The notes under the pieces were generated by a model. The model was not told where the DNA came from. It saw nothing but the letters and a program-made list of their open reading frames with translations, and searched no databases. Positions 25,707 to 47,400 of a DNA stretch of 64,000 nucleotides are shown here, one piece after another. A program made the position numbers and the translations under genes. Source of the stretch: the human T2T-CHM13v2.0 reference genome, Homo sapiens. The DNA lies in assembly GCF_009914755.1 (NCBI RefSeq), contig NC_060934.1. One strand, written 5' to 3'. How positions within the stretch are numbered: position 1 is the stretch's first letter; every line of letters starts with the position of its first letter.

Positions 25707-26932
25707 TTTGTCTGACTGTAAAATTTCATTTTGCATTAAATTGCTTTGCTAGAATGGATATAGCCACACAACTACGCGACTTAACATCTATTCAAACATT
25801 TGGCAATTTTAGAATCAGCTAGAGAAAGAAGACACACACATGAAAGGGAGCAGAAGTGTGATAAATAACCTCCAATCCCCCTTGATTATATATATATAAA
25901 ATACTAAGATATATGAAGTTCTGGGGAAAAACAAAGTCATAGGAAATTTGCTTCAAAAAGCAAAATGAAGCCAGAGTGAAGTCCTGAATGAGAAGAGGCC
26001 GGAAAGCGGTGTGCTTTCTGGGTCCCGTTTTCTTGCTCTGTCTCACTATGATTCAGTCTTTGCTGGGAATGGATAGTTCTACTTCTTCACACAGAAGTGG
26101 CTCTTAGTGTCCTTCATGTAGCATAAGAAGCTGGGCCAAAACATTTTTGTAAGACTAAGTTTTAAATGAAGTTCTTTACTATCCTAAAGGTTAATAGAAT
26201 CAAATGTAACTACGTAGTAAAGTTTCTGGATGATTAATCCAGGAAGCGTCAATTTTGTATGACAAATGTCTATCCTTCCAAAATGACCCCAGGAATACAA
26301 ACCATATTCTCCCCTAGGGATCCCTTTAATGCCAATTTGGAGAATAGACTAGTATCGCTCATCAGAAATAGCATAAGTAATACAAATAATGCTCTACATT
26401 TTGCTTTCTTCACATAATTGTTTGAAACTTTATTACTTGATTTAAACATGAAATTGATGTAGTTTTTCTGAGATTTGGCTCATTTTACATATATTTATTC
26501 CATTTCATTTCTTATCTATACGTTAAAGGAGAACTCTTTCCCCAAGTCCAAAAATCACACACATACAACATGATCCCCTTGCATTCTGCTTCTACAGCGG
26601 TTATTCCCTGCTGTTTCATAAAGCTGTATTTAACTTAAGAAATTATTGTTATTCTTTGATCACAAAGAATAGGTAAAATACTAGGAACAGAGCAAACATG
26701 CCTCCCCCAAAAGCCTGCATTATGTAAGCAACGAGTTTAGTTCTCCATAAAGATAAGAAAATACTATTTCAGGCAGCAAATTTAACAAGGAGGTTAAATT
26801 TAGAATGAAATTTTTATTATTTTGAAATTCCTTTTTAGTTTCCAATACAAATTCATGAAACTCAAGCTGCTGGACTATTTGGCCTGGGACAAGAACACAC
26901 TGAGCAGCAGCCATAGCATGGGCCTGAATTTT

Positions 26933-27715
26933 ATTTATTTTTATTTATATATTTATTTTTATTACACTTTAGGTTCTGGGATACATGTGCAGAACGTGCA
27001 GGTTTGTTACATAGGTATACATGTGTCATGATGGTTTGCTGCACCCATCAACCCATTATCTACATTAGGTATTTCTCCTAATGCTATCCCTTCCCTTGCC
27101 CCTCACCCCATGACAGGCCCGGGTGTGTGATATTCCCCTCCCCGTAAAACCATAAAACCCTAGAAGAAAACCTAGGCAATACCATTCAGGACCTAGGCAT
27201 GGGCAAAGGCTTTATGACTAAAACACCAAAAGCAATTGCAACAAAAGCCAAAATTGACAAATGGGATCTAATTAAACAAAAGAGTTTCTGCATAGCAAAA
27301 GAAACTATCATCAGACTGAACAGGCAATCTACAGAATGTGAGAAAATTTTTGCAATCTATTCATCTGACAAAGGGCTAATATCCAGAATATACAAGGAAC
27401 TTAAACAAATTTACAAGGAAAACAACCCCATCAAAAAGTGGATGAAGGATATGAACAGACGCTTTTCAAAAGAAGACATTTATGTGGCCAACACACATGA
27501 AAAAAAGATCATCATCACTGGTCATCAGAGAAATGTAAATCAAAACCACCATGAGATACCATTCTCATGCCAGTTAGAATGAAAATCATTAAAAAGTCAG
27601 GAAACAGATGCTGGAGAGGATGTGGAGAAAGAGGAACACTTTTACATTGTTAGTGGGAGTGTAAATTAGTTCAACGATTGTAGAAGACAGTGTGGTGATT
27701 TCTCAAGGATCTAGA
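26933..27715 (-). mobile_element. 5'-truncated L1PA with 5' inversion
   Basis: 26933-27144 is the L1PA 3' UTR and tail on the - strand. 27145-27715 is ORF2 C-terminal sequence on the + strand ([26 protein letters not shown]). Confidence 0.88.
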
Positions 27716-30700
27716 TTTTTTTTTTTAAGTGTTTTAGTTTTTCTTTTTGTGGGTATATAGTAGGTGTATGTATTTATGGTTTACATGAGATATTTTGATA
27801 CAGGCATGCAATAATAAAAACATCAAAGTATATGGAGTATCCATCACCTCAAGCATTTATTCTTTGTGTTACAAAGAATGCAATCATGCTCTTTTAGTTA
27901 TTTTAAAATGTACATTTTTTTTCTTTACTATGGTCACCCTTTTGTGCTAGGAAATAGGTCTTAATAATTCTAATTATTTCTTGTACCCATTAACCATCCC
28001 CCCACTCCCCTCCCCATCCCCCCTGCCATCCACTACCCTTCCCAGCCTCTGGTATCCATTCATTTACTCTCTATCTTCATGAGTTCAATGGTTTTAACTT
28101 TTAGCTCGCACAAATAAGTGGGGACATGCAAAGTTTCTCTTTCTGTGCCTGGCTTATTTCACCTAACATAATGACCTCCAGCTCCATCCATGTTGTTGCA
28201 AATGACAGGATTTTATTATTTTTAATGGCTGAATAATACTTCATTGTTGATATGTATCACAATTTCTTTATCCATTCATCGTTGATGGATGTGTAGGTTG
28301 TTTCAAAGTTTTGGCTACTGTGAACAGCAATAAACATGGGAGTGCATGTATCTCTTCAACATACAGATTTCCTTTCTTTTATGTATATATTTAGCAGTGT
28401 GATTGCTGGATCATATGGTAGTTCTATTTTTAGTTTTTTGAGGCACCTCCAAACTGTTCTCCATAGTGTTTGTACTAATTTACATTTCCACCAATAGTTT
28501 ATAAGGGTTTCCTTTTCTCTACATTCTCACCAGCATTTGTTATTACCTGTCTTTTGGATATAAGTCATTTTAACTGAAGTGAGATGATATTTCATTGTCG
28601 TTTTGACTTGCATTTCTCTGATGATCAATAATGTTGAACACAATTTCATATACCTGTTTGCCTGTGTATGTCTTCTTTTGAGAAATGTATATTCAGATAT
28701 TTTGTCCATTTTTAATAGTAATATTAGATTTTTTTCCTATAGAGTTGTTTGAGCTTCCTATATGTTCTAGTGATTAATCCCTTGTCAAGTGGGTAGTTTG
28801 CAAATATTTTCTTCCATTCTGTGAGTTGTGTCTTCACTTTGTTGATTGTTTTCTTTGCTGTGCAAAAATTTTTTAAATTGATGTGATCTCATTTGTCCAT
28901 TTTTGCTTTGGATGTCTGTCACTGTGGGGTATTACTCAAGGAATATTTTGCCCACTCCAATATCCTGAATTTCCCCCAGTGTTTTCTTGCAGTAGTGTTA
29001 TAGTTTTAGGTCTTAGATTTAAGTCTTTAATCAAATTTTATTTGACTTTTATATATGGTGAGAGATAGGGGTCTAATTTCATTTTTCTGCATATGGATAT
29101 CTGGTTTTCCCAGTGCTATTTCTTGAAGACATTAGATTGTCCTTTCCCCAGTGTAATGTTCTTGGCACCTTTGTCAAAAATCAGATCACTGTATATGTAT
29201 GGATTTATTTCCGGGTTCTCTATTGTATTCCACTGGTCTATACTTCTCTATTTATGCTGGTACCATGCCATTTTGGTTACTATAGCTCTAGAGTATAATT
29301 TGAAATCAGGTAATGTGATTCCCTCCAGTTTTGTTCTTTTTTCTGAGTCTTTTGTGGTTGGCACATAGCTTTAGGACTATTTCTTTTATTTATGTGAAGA
29401 TTATCTTGGTATTTTGATAGAGATTGCACTGAATCTGTAGATTGCTTTGGATAGTATGGATATTTTAACAATGTTGATTCTTCTAATCCATGCACAAGGA
29501 ATATCTTTCCTTTTTTTTGTTTCCTCTTCAGTTTCTTTCATCAGTGTTTTATAGTTTTCCTTGTAGAGGTCTTTCACTTCTTTGGTTAATTTAATTCCAT
29601 GTATTTTATTTGTAGCTATTCTAAATGGGACCACTTTCTTCATTTCTTTTTCAGATTATTCACTGTTGGCATATAGAAAAACTACTGATTTTTTTATGTT
29701 GATTTTGTATCTTGAAACTTTATGCAATTTGTTTATCAGTTCTAACACTTTTTTGGTAGTCTTTAGGTTTTTCCAAATATATTATCCATAAACAAGAATA
29801 ATTTATTTATTTCCAATTTAAGTGCCCTTTTTTCCTCTTGTCTGATTGCTCTAGCTAGGACTTCCAGTGTTACGCTGAATAACAGTGATGAAAGTGGGCA
29901 TCCTTGTCATGTTCCAGATATTAGGGGAAAGGATTTCAGATTTCAGTTTTTCTCTATTTAGTATAATACTAGCTATAGGTCTGTCATATATGGCTTTGAT
30001 TATCTTGGGGTATATTCCTTCTATATCCAGGATTGTTAAGGTTTTTATCATGAAAGAATTTTATCAAATGCTTTTTCAGCATCAATTGAAATGATCATAT
30101 ATGGTTTTTGTCCCTCATTCCATTGATATGATGTATCACATTAATTGATTTGCATATGTTGAATCATCCTTGCATCCCTGAGATAAATCCCATTTAGTCA
30201 TGATGAATGATCTTTTTAATATGTTGTCGAATTCTGTTTGCTAGTGTTTAGGTAAGGATTTTTCTATCAATATTCATCAGTGATATTGGCTTGTAGTTTT
30301 TATTTTTTGATGTGTCTTTGGTTTTGGTATCACAGTAATACTGACCTTGTAGAATGAGTTTGGAAGTATTCCTTCATCCTCTATTTCTCAGAATAGTATG
30401 AGTAGAATTGGTATGAGTTGTTCTTTAGATATTTGGTAGAATTCAGCAGTGCAGCCATTGGGTTCTGGGCTTTTCTTTGCTGGAGGACTTTTTATTATGG
30501 CTTTGATCTCATTACTTCTTATTGGTCTATTCAGGTTTTCGATTTCTTCCTAGTTCAATTTTGGCAGGTTGTATGTGTTTAGGAACTCATTCATTTCTTC
30601 TGAATGTCCCAATTTATTGGCATATAGTTGTTCATAGTAGCCATTAATGATTCTTTGAATTTCTGCAGTATCAGTAGTAATGTCTCCTTTATCATCTCCA

Positions 30701-33700
30701 ATTTTATTTGGATCTTCTCTCTTTTTCTTAGCTTGGCTAAAAGCATGTCAATTATGTCTATCTTTTCAAAAAACCAACTTTTTGTTTTGATCTTTTGTAT
30801 TTTTTTATTCATTTTAATTTCGTTTGTCTCTGCTCTGATCTGTATTTCTTTTCTTCTACTAGTTTTGGGTTTGGTTTGCTCTTTTCTATTTATTCAAGGT
30901 GCACCATTAGATTAAAGTTTTTCTTCTTTTTGGATGTAGGTGCTATAGCTTAAAAACTTTCCTATTAGTACAACTTTTGCTGTATCCCGTGAGTTTTGGT
31001 ATGTTGTGTTTCCATTATCATTATTTCAAGAATTTTTCAATTTCCTTCTTAATTTCTCATTTACCCACTGGTCATTCAGGAGCATATTGTTTAATTTCCA
31101 TGTGCTTGCACAGTCTCCAGAATTCCTCATTGATTTCCAGTTTTTATACCATTGTGGTCAGAGAAGATGCTTGATATTATTTTAGGTTTTTTTATGAATG
31201 CTTTAAGACTTGTTATGTGACCTAACATATGGTCTATCCTTGAGATTGATCCATGTGCTGAGGAAAAGAATGTATATTTTGCAGCTGTTGGATAAAATAT
31301 TTTGTAAATATTCTGTAAATATTAAGTATTCTGTACATGTAGATCCATTTGGTCTATAGTGTACATTAAGTCCAGTGTTCCTTTGTTAATTTTCTGTCTC
31401 AACGATCTGTTAAATGCTAAAGGTGGGGTGTTGAAGTCTCCACCTATTATTGTATTGCAGTCTCTTTCTTTAACTCTAATATTTGGTTTATATATCTGGT
31501 GCTCCAGTGTTGGGTGTATATATATTTACAACTGATATATTCTCTTGCTGAATTGACCCCTTTACTATTATGTAATGACCTTTTTGTCTCTTCTTACAGT
31601 TTTGGTCTTGAAATCTACTTTTTCTGATATAAGTATGGCTACTCCTGCTTTTTGGTTTTGACTGACATGAAATTTTTTTCATTCCTCCGTTTTTAGTCTA
31701 TGTGTGCCTTTATAGGTAAAGTGTGTTTCTTGTAGGCAAGAGATCATTGGATCTTGTGTTTTAATCCATTCAGCCACTCCATGTCTTCTGATTAGAGAAT
31801 TTAGTCCATTTACATTCAGTGTTATTATTGATAAGTAAGGAATTACTCCTGCCATTTTGTTGTATGTTTTCTGGTTGTTTTGTGGTCTTCTCTTCTTTCT
31901 TTCCTTCCTGTCTTCCTTTTAGTGAAAGTGACTTTCTTTGTTGATGTAATTTAGTTTCTTGCTTTTTATTTTTTGTGTATCTGTTGTATTTTTTTGGTTG
32001 AGGTTACCATGAGGCTTGTGACTACTATCTTATAACCCATTATTTTAGGCTGATGACAATTTAACACTGCTCGCATAAACAAACTAATAAGCAAAAAGGG
32101 GAACTAATAAAAACTCTACAGTTTAACTTTGTTTCCCTACCCTTTAACTTCTTGTTTCTGTTTATATCTTATTGTATTGTGTATGTCTTGAAAGTTATTA
32201 TTTTTGATTGGTTAATCTTTTAGTCTACTTGAGTAGTTTATACACCACAGTTACAATATTTATAATATTCTATGTTTTTGTGTATTGCTAGTGAGTTTTG
32301 TATCTTTAAATGATGTCTTATAGCTCATTGACATCCTTTGTGATTGAAGTACATCCTGTAGCATTTCTCGTAGGACAGGTCTGGTGTTGACAAAATCCTT
32401 CAGCTTTTGTCTGAAAAAGTCTTAATTTGTCCTTCACGTTTGAAGAATATTTTTATCAGATGTACAATTCTAGGGTAGAAGGTTTTTTTTTTTTCCTTCA
32501 GCACTTTAAGTATATTATGTCACTCTCTCCTGTCCTGTAAGGTTTCCATTGAAAAGTCTGCTGCCAGACATGTTGGATCACCACTGTATGTTGTTTCTTT
32601 TCCCTTGCTGCTTTTAGGATCTTTTATCTTTGACCTTTGGGAGCTTGATTATTAAATGCCTTGAAGTAGTCTTCTTTGAGTTAAATGTGCTTGGTGTTCT
32701 ATAACCTCCTTGTACTTGGATATTAATATCTTTAAGCTCGAGAAGTTCTGTGATATTATCCCTTTGAATAAACTTGCTACACCATCTTTTTCTTTACCTC
32801 CTCTTTAAGGCCAATAATAACTCTTAGATTTGCCCTTTGGAGGCTATTTTCTAGATCTTGTAGGTGTGCCTCATTGTTTTTTACTCTTTCTTCTTTTGTC
32901 TCCTCTGTGTATTTTCAAACAACCTGTCCTCAAGATCAATAATTCTGTCTTCTGCTTGATCAGTTGTGCTATTAAGATCCTCTAATGAATTCCTCAGTAT
33001 GTCACTTGCATTTTTCAACTGTAGAATTTCTGCCTGATTCTTTTTAATTATTTCAATCCATTTGTTACATTTATTTGTCTGAATTCTTTTTCTGTGTTAT
33101 TTTGAATTTCTTTGCATATCCACAAAACAGATATTTTGAATTCTGTGTCTGAAAGGTGACATATTTTTGTTTCTCTAGGATTTGTCTCTGGTGCCTTATT
33201 TAGTCCATTTGGTGATATTTTCCTGAATGGTCTTGATGCTTGTTGATGTTCTTCAGTGTCTAGGCATTGAAGAGTTGGGAATTTATAGTAGTCTAACCAG
33301 TCTGGGCTTGTTTGTACCCATCCCTCTTGGGAAGGCTTTCTAGGTATTTGAAAGGACTTGGGTGTCGTCATCTAAGTCATATCTCCATTAGGGGCCACCC
33401 CAAGCCTAGTAATGCTGTGCTTCTTGCAGACTCATAGTGGTACCACCCTCGTAGTCTGGGATAAGATCCAAAAGAATTATCTGGATTACCAGGGTTCAGG
33501 AAGTTCTCTTTTGTTATTCCTTTGAATAAACTTTCTGCCCCTATTTCTTTCTCTACCTCCTCTTTAAGGCCAATAAGTCTTAAGATCTGCCCTTATGAGG
33601 CTTGTTCTCTTCCCTTACTTTCTCTCAAACAAATGAAGTCTCAGTCTCTCTCTAAGCTTGCCCTCAAATGACAAGACATGGTTCTTCTCACTCTCCCCTT

Positions 33701-35039
33701 TCCATAGGCAGAGGAGCCTCACCTCATGGTCACCACCACTACGGGCCCACTGGGGAATACTATCAGGCTCCTGCCAATGTTCCCTTAAGGTCTTAGGGCT
33801 CTTCAGTCAGCTTCTGGTGAATACTGCTAGGTCTGGGATTCATCTTTCAAGGCAATGGGCTCTCCTCTGTCTTAACACAGGTCCAGAAATGCTGTCCGTG
33901 AGCCAAGGTCTGGAATCAGGGACCTCAAGAGCCTGTTTAGCACTCTACCCACTGTGCCCGAAGTGACACCTAAGGTGCAAGACAAAGTCTTTACTTCTCC
34001 CTCTGCTTTTCTCAAGCAGATGGAGTCTCTCATTGTAGTCACCCCAACTGAGAATTTGCTAGGTCTCATTTGAAGCCTGCACATCTCAGAGTCTCACCCC
34101 AAGGCCCATGGTATACTACCTGAGTATTACTGCTTGCTATTCAGGGCTCAAGGACTCTTCAGTTGGCAGATGATGGATCCTGCCAGTACTATGTCCTTGT
34201 CTTAAAGGCAGCGGGCTCCCTTCTGGCCCAGAGTGTGTCCAGAAATATTGTCTGGGAGCTAGAGGCGGGAATGGGGGCCTCATGACTTTGCCCTGTGCCC
34301 TATCCTATTGTGGTTGTGATGATAATCAAGATGCAAGAACAAAGTCCTCTTTACTCTTCCCTCTCCTCAGGAGGAAGGAAAGGGTCTTCTTTGGAGGCAC
34401 AAGATGTGTTGCCTGGGGTTGGGGGAGGGGTGGTATAAGCATGCCCCACCTGGTGTCTCAGTAGTCTGTGTACACCCAAATTCCACTATCTCCAAGCCCA
34501 GCTCAGTATTTGGACTTGTGGTCCTTATGGCCTAGGCTGCCTTTCAAGTTTATTTAGAGCTCCAGAGCACATCAGCCTGTGATGGCAAGGCTTGCCAGAA
34601 CTCAAGTTCTGACCACGGGGATAGGCGACTTCTCTCCGGCTAGGGCTGGTTTGAATGCTCCCTTTATGGGCGGGTGTCAGCTGAGTTCAGCCTGGTTTTG
34701 CTTTCTGCTGTGTTAAGGCAGCACTGAGGTCAATACAAAGTGTCACAACTGTTGCACTCCCTCTCCCAAACACAGATTTCTATTCACCACATGGCTACTG
34801 TGAGGGGATGGGGGAGGAATGACATCAGCAATTCAATTCAAGACAAATCTGTCGTTCCTACACTCTTCAGTGCTTTTTTCAGTGATGTGAATTTAAAACC
34901 AGGTACTGTAAGTGCTCACCAATTTTTGATTCTTATGAAGGTGGTTTTTTGTATCTAGATAGTTGTTGAATTTGATGTTCCTGCCAGAGGAATGATTGGT
35001 ACGGCCTTCTACTCTACCACCTTTCTCCACCCCTCTTCT
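27716..35039 (-). mobile_element. Near full-length L1MA1-3-type LINE-1, ORFs disrupted
   Basis: L1MA-type 3' end, ORF2 fragments on the - strand (e.g. [26 protein letters not shown]), ORF1 and a long 5' UTR. TSD GGC(C/A)TGAATTTT at 26921-26932 and 35040-35051. Confidence 0.88.
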
Positions 35040-35051
35040 GGCATGAATTTT

Positions 35052-35442
<391 letters not shown>

Positions 35443-35989
35443 TAGGTAGCTTTCCCTTTTTCTTAAATGAAATGGGTCTCTAAAGATAGCATAGCAGATA
35501 GTGGAAGTATAGCTAATGGCAGGAATGGAAGGAGGGCAGGCCAAATACTAGGCAAAAAGTTAATGTTAACAAAAATATGAATGGACCAAACTTGAGCCCA
35601 TGTACTGTGCACCATAGTCCAGGAGGCCAGTAAGCATTCAGTCTATCTCAGACAGTGGTGTGATGTTACCAAATATGATGTGAGCTCTGCTGCCTTCTGC
35701 CAGAGGAACAGTCCTGCATTCCTAGTTGCAAGCAGCTGAGGCAATTTTGGTAACACAAAGTTCTAATTTCAGCCTTGAATATAGTCTCCATCAACACGGA
35801 GAAACCATAAAATGAAAACTTAACAAAGGCCTCTTAATTTTGAATGATTTGAGGTTTTAAATTCTATTTCCTATTTTGCCATCTGACTACATTGGCAAGG
35901 ACTGGTGGTTATGCTCATTATTATTTTTAACTTCTTGGTAATTTAATCCTGGGTTTTTAGCTGGACACAGAGTGCCCTGGAATAAACTC

Positions 35990-36400
35990 TAAATTTCACA
36001 GGCTCTCTTTCTGATAGGTATGGCCAATGACTAAGTCAATTGATACATTTTGGCCAGTAAATGACTGGTCAATAAGATGTAAGTAGAAATGAGACATGTG
36101 ACTTCCAAGAGGTGTCCAGAAATGTGAGGAAACATGCCTCTTATTCTGCCTTTTTTTGTTCCTCACAACTGGATGTCTAATAGCCATCTTGGAACCTGAG
36201 GCAAAATCTGCATATTGAATATGACAGGAAACAAAATAGAAGAATCCTTGACACTTTATTATTGTGCCACCCCTGAACTATCCTGGAGATTTTGAATCCA
36301 TGAGAGAAAAAATAAACTTTTATTTTTTTAAGCCATTCCCTTTACTTTGTCTCCTGAAATAGAATTTAATCATAACTACTGCATGTACATATATACAGTA
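35990..36400 (+). mobile_element. Old MLT1-type MaLR LTR fragment, followed by MLT-internal-like sequence
   Basis: GCCATCTTG...TGAGAGAAAAATAAACTTTTATTTTTTAAGCCA resembles an MLT1 3' part. Boundaries approximate. Confidence 0.5.
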
Positions 36401-36643
36401 TTTACTGGGCCTTCAGCCACAAATCCTTTCTTTTGGAACTTGGCTCTCAATACCTTGCCTCAGTGGGTGTCAAGAAAAATATATCTAGAGGTTGGCATAT
36501 TTACTGGCAAAATATTTAGTAAAACAGTTGCTTGCAATAAACTCCCTGATAAACTTGTGACTTTAGACAAAAACTGTGTAAACAGAATGTTGCAATTATG
36601 AGTTAGTAAGTCATTGGCTGAATTTGACTAGGTTAAATACTAC

Positions 36644-37394
36644 TATAATTGCCCAATGAGTTTTTCTTGCTCACTGCACAGATAAAGCTAATGCACTGAG
36701 ACAGCAGGCTTATTGCAGCAGAGACTCTAATTATCACAAGGCAGCTAAGGAAAAGGACAGGGGACAGTTCTCAAATCCACCTCTCTGAGAATTTGGAGGC
36801 TAGGGTTTCTAAGGATTGTTTTTCAGACAGAGGGACTAAGAAATGAGAAATGCTGATTGGCTGGGTTGGGGATGAAATCACAAGGGTGTTGAAAACTGTC
36901 TTTGTGGGCTAATTTTCTGGGTTGGGGTCACCAGTCCAAATGGCATCAGTTGTTCTACCAGAATGCAAAATCTGAAAAATATCTCAAACGCCAGTCTTAG
37001 ATTTTACAATAGTGATGTTGGGGAAGTTTCAAGTCTTGTGACCATTGGCTGTATGACTTCTGAGCAGGAAGAAAGTTAGTAGATAATGACTATTTATCAT
37101 TTAACTATGCATAGGTCTTAGCACAATGCAGGCTTCTCTCATAATTCTAATCTTGTGGCCCTTCATTGGTTTCTACAAAGGTAGTTTCAGTCCCCAAACA
37201 AGGAGGGGTAGTTTGAGGAAGGGGCTATTACTATCTTTGCTTAAAGGTTAAACTAGACACTAAATTCTTCCCATAGTTAGCTTGGCCTATGCCCAGGAAT
37301 GGGCAAGGGCTGTTGGCTTGTGAGGTTAGAGACAAGATGAAGCCAGTTATGTTAGATTTCTCTCCCTGTCATAATTTTTGCAAAGGCGGTTTTA
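36644..37394 (-). mobile_element. LTR8-family solo LTR
   Basis: Ends ...TTTTGCAAAGGCGGTTTTA, the reverse complement of the LTR8 start. Perfect 4-bp TSD CTAC at 36640-36643 and 37395-37398. Confidence 0.85.
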
Positions 37395-37733
37395 CTACCA
37401 AAAAAGAGATAAGCTCAGAAAAGAATTGGCTGCTTTGTAAGCAGAGTTAAAAGGGATATAGGCTATCCAGAAATTCTAAGAATTGCAGGGCTGGGATGTG
37501 TAATGACTTCTCAACTGAAACTGGTGAAAGTTAAAACCTAAAAACTTTTGAGCCAAAAAACCAATTCAGCCTCAGCTTTGGGTAAAGATCTAAGACTAAA
37601 CTGAGTTGGAGTTGGCCCCAGTAAATCCTTTCAAAATGGTTCATGAAAAAGTAAATAAGGGCATGTCTCTCTCACAGAAGCCTGATAAGATCAATGTACC
37701 AGTCAATTACTATAGAGAAAAAAACCTATCTCA

Positions 37734-44656
<6,923 letters not shown>

Positions 44657-44768
44657 GAAAAAAGCTTATCTCAAAAAGAATTGCATGTATGCTTATTGGC
44701 ACATGGTGATGATAGACATAAAATGAATAAAGAGTTAACTTTTTCTTCAAAAAATTACAGGATAAAAG

Positions 44769-44895
44769 CAGAATAATTGTATAATTCATCAACCAAACTG
44801 GAGCATTTTTAGAGATAAAGGGGCATTATTCATTATACTGAGACAGTAGCCATAAACTAGAGCTTCTGGACAAATTAGAATATATGATTATTCTA
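44769..44895. mobile_element. MER81-like MITE
   Basis: Degenerate similarity to the element at 22753 (ATAATTCATCAACCAAACTGG...TTTTAGAGATAAAGGGGC). Confidence 0.5.
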
Positions 44896-45182
44896 ACAAA
44901 AAGAATAAGTTGCCTTGAGATGTAAAATTGCCTTTTGGCACCTAGCTTTTGATAGGCAGTAGGAAGCCTGCCCCACCTCCGAGGAGTCATATATTCTCCA
45001 AGGTCATATTCAGATGTGGCTAAGAAAATTATGGAAATGGAAGTACTGCCCAGACAATGGAGACAAAGACAACAAAACACATTTTACTGGGGAGCTAATT
45101 GTGGGAAATGAACTAGTTTCTATTCAAGAGACATCTCCTCCCAGGATAGGAAGGTGCTCTTAATATCTGCCCAATGGGAATG

Positions 45183-45808
45183 TTTATACTCTTAGTAGGA
45201 ATGTAAATTAGTACAACCTCTCTGGAAAACAGTATGGAGATTTCTCAAAGAACTAGAAATAAAACTTCCCTTTGATCTAGCAATCCCCTGACTGTGCATC
45301 TACCCAAAGGAAATAAATCATTTTATCAAAAAGGCATCTGCACTTATATGTTTGTTGCAGCACTATTCATAATAGCAAAGTCGTAGAATCAACCTAAGTG
45401 TCCATCAAGGAATGATTGGAGTAAAAATGTGGTTCATATATGTACACCACAGACTACTACTCAGCCATAAAAAATAAAAGAATGGAATCATGTCTTTATC
45501 AGCAACATGGATAGAACTGGAGTTTATTATCCTAAGTGAAATGATTCAGGAACAAAAAGTAAAAAACTCCATGTTCTCACTTATAAGTGAGAGCTAAGCA
45601 GTGGGTACACCTGGACATAAAGATGGACTCATAGACACTGGAGACTCTAAAAGGTGGGAAGGTGAGGTGGAGTGGGTGAGGAATGAGATATGACCTATTG
45701 GGTACAACGTATACTGTTTGGGTGATGGGGCACCCTGAAAGTCCAGAACACTACTACTATGTAATATATCCATATAATATGCTTATACCCCTAAATCCAT
45801 TAAAAAAA
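45183..45808 (+). mobile_element. 5'-truncated older L1 (L1PA16/L1PB-like) 3' end
   Basis: GGAATGTAAATTAGTACAACCTC...ATGTTCTCACTTATAAGTG...CCCCTAAATCC plus an A run. Confidence 0.85.
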
Positions 45809-46124
45809 TTTGCTCAATGAGATTTTATGACTCCCCCAACCTACCTGACATTCCTTCCTCTTCAGGACAGCCATACTTACTGTGGCCATCCTCTTTCCAC
45901 CCCACCCTGTTTCTTGGGTACATAGGGAGCAGAGGGAACAATAATTTGCCTTTTAGTTAAGAGAACCCCAGATCAAGAAAAGCTTTATCTGGACCTGATA
46001 AGATGACTGTCATGAGATGATGGGCTTTGAGCTTAATTCAATACCTGAGTAAAACTCTTACAACATCTTCTTTGGAGGAGAGGTGAATATATTTTTCTTA
46101 GTAAAGGCAGAAAGCAAGAGGCTG

Positions 46125-46547
46125 GACCGTTGTGGACTGCATTCTTGTTCCTGCTCATATGCAGCTTTCCCTGTGAGAGGGAGATGCAGCCGTTCTTACC
46201 CAGGGGCACATGACTTGTGGGCCCTCCTGGGGAGAATATTCCCATCCCCATGGGTTTCAGGCTTGGACACATTGAAGCAGAGCATTCAGAATCTTCATGT
46301 GGTCCTGGCTTAGTTGTTCTCTCTCTGCCACAAGAACAGCATATGTTCTAAATTGAGACTTCTCCTTTGGCCTAGATTTCAGAATAAAAAAGGCACATGG
46401 AGCACAGCCAAGCAGAGCCCAGCAAAAGCACAGCAGTTCCACAGCCAACATGTAACAGGAGCAAAATATAAGACTTGACTTTGTGCGCCAGTAAGAATAT
46501 AGAGTTGTTTGTTACCACAGCACAACCCGGGAAAAGCTGACTGATAC
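46125..46547 (+). mobile_element. MLT1-type MaLR LTR
   Basis: Ends GTTGTTTGTTACCACAGCACAAC...GCTGACTGATAC, typical of old MLT1. 5' end approximate. Confidence 0.6.
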
Positions 46548-46754
46548 TGAAAGTCTAGTCAATAGATTGGCCAAACTATAGCCTAAACGCCATCACTTTA
46601 GCCCTTACTTTGGGCCTGTTGGTGTGTGAGGGGGAGAAAATTGTTGAGGAAATCAACGGCTTTTGATAGAATTGGAAACCATCCTTTTCATGAAGAATCT
46701 TTCTTTCAGGGTCTATATTATAATTTCATTCTACCTGCTGCTTGAGGGTGATAA

Positions 46755-47079
<325 letters not shown>

Positions 47080-47080
47080 C

Positions 47081-47400
47081 ATTTTATTTTGTTATATAGG
47101 TAAATTGAGCGTCATGGACGTTTGGTGTATGGATTACCTTGCCACCCAGGTAATAAGCAGAGTACTAAATAAGTAGTATTTTGATCCTTACCCCCCTTCT
47201 CCCTCCACCCTCAAGTAGCCTTGTGTCTGTTGTTCCCTTCTTTGTGTCCACGTGTTCCCAGTATTTAGCTCCCACTTATAAGTAAGAACATGCAGTATTT
47301 GGTTTCCTGTTGCTGTGGTGAGTTCACCGAGGATGATGGCCTCCACCTCCATCTGTGTTGCTGCAAAGGACATGGCCTTGTTTTGTTTTATGGCTGCATA
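47081..47400 (-). mobile_element. L1P (old L1PA/L1PREC-type) 3' fragment
   Basis: TTTAGCTCCCACTTATAAGTAAGAACATGCAGTATTTGGTTT...GCTGCAAAGGACATG. Confidence 0.85.
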
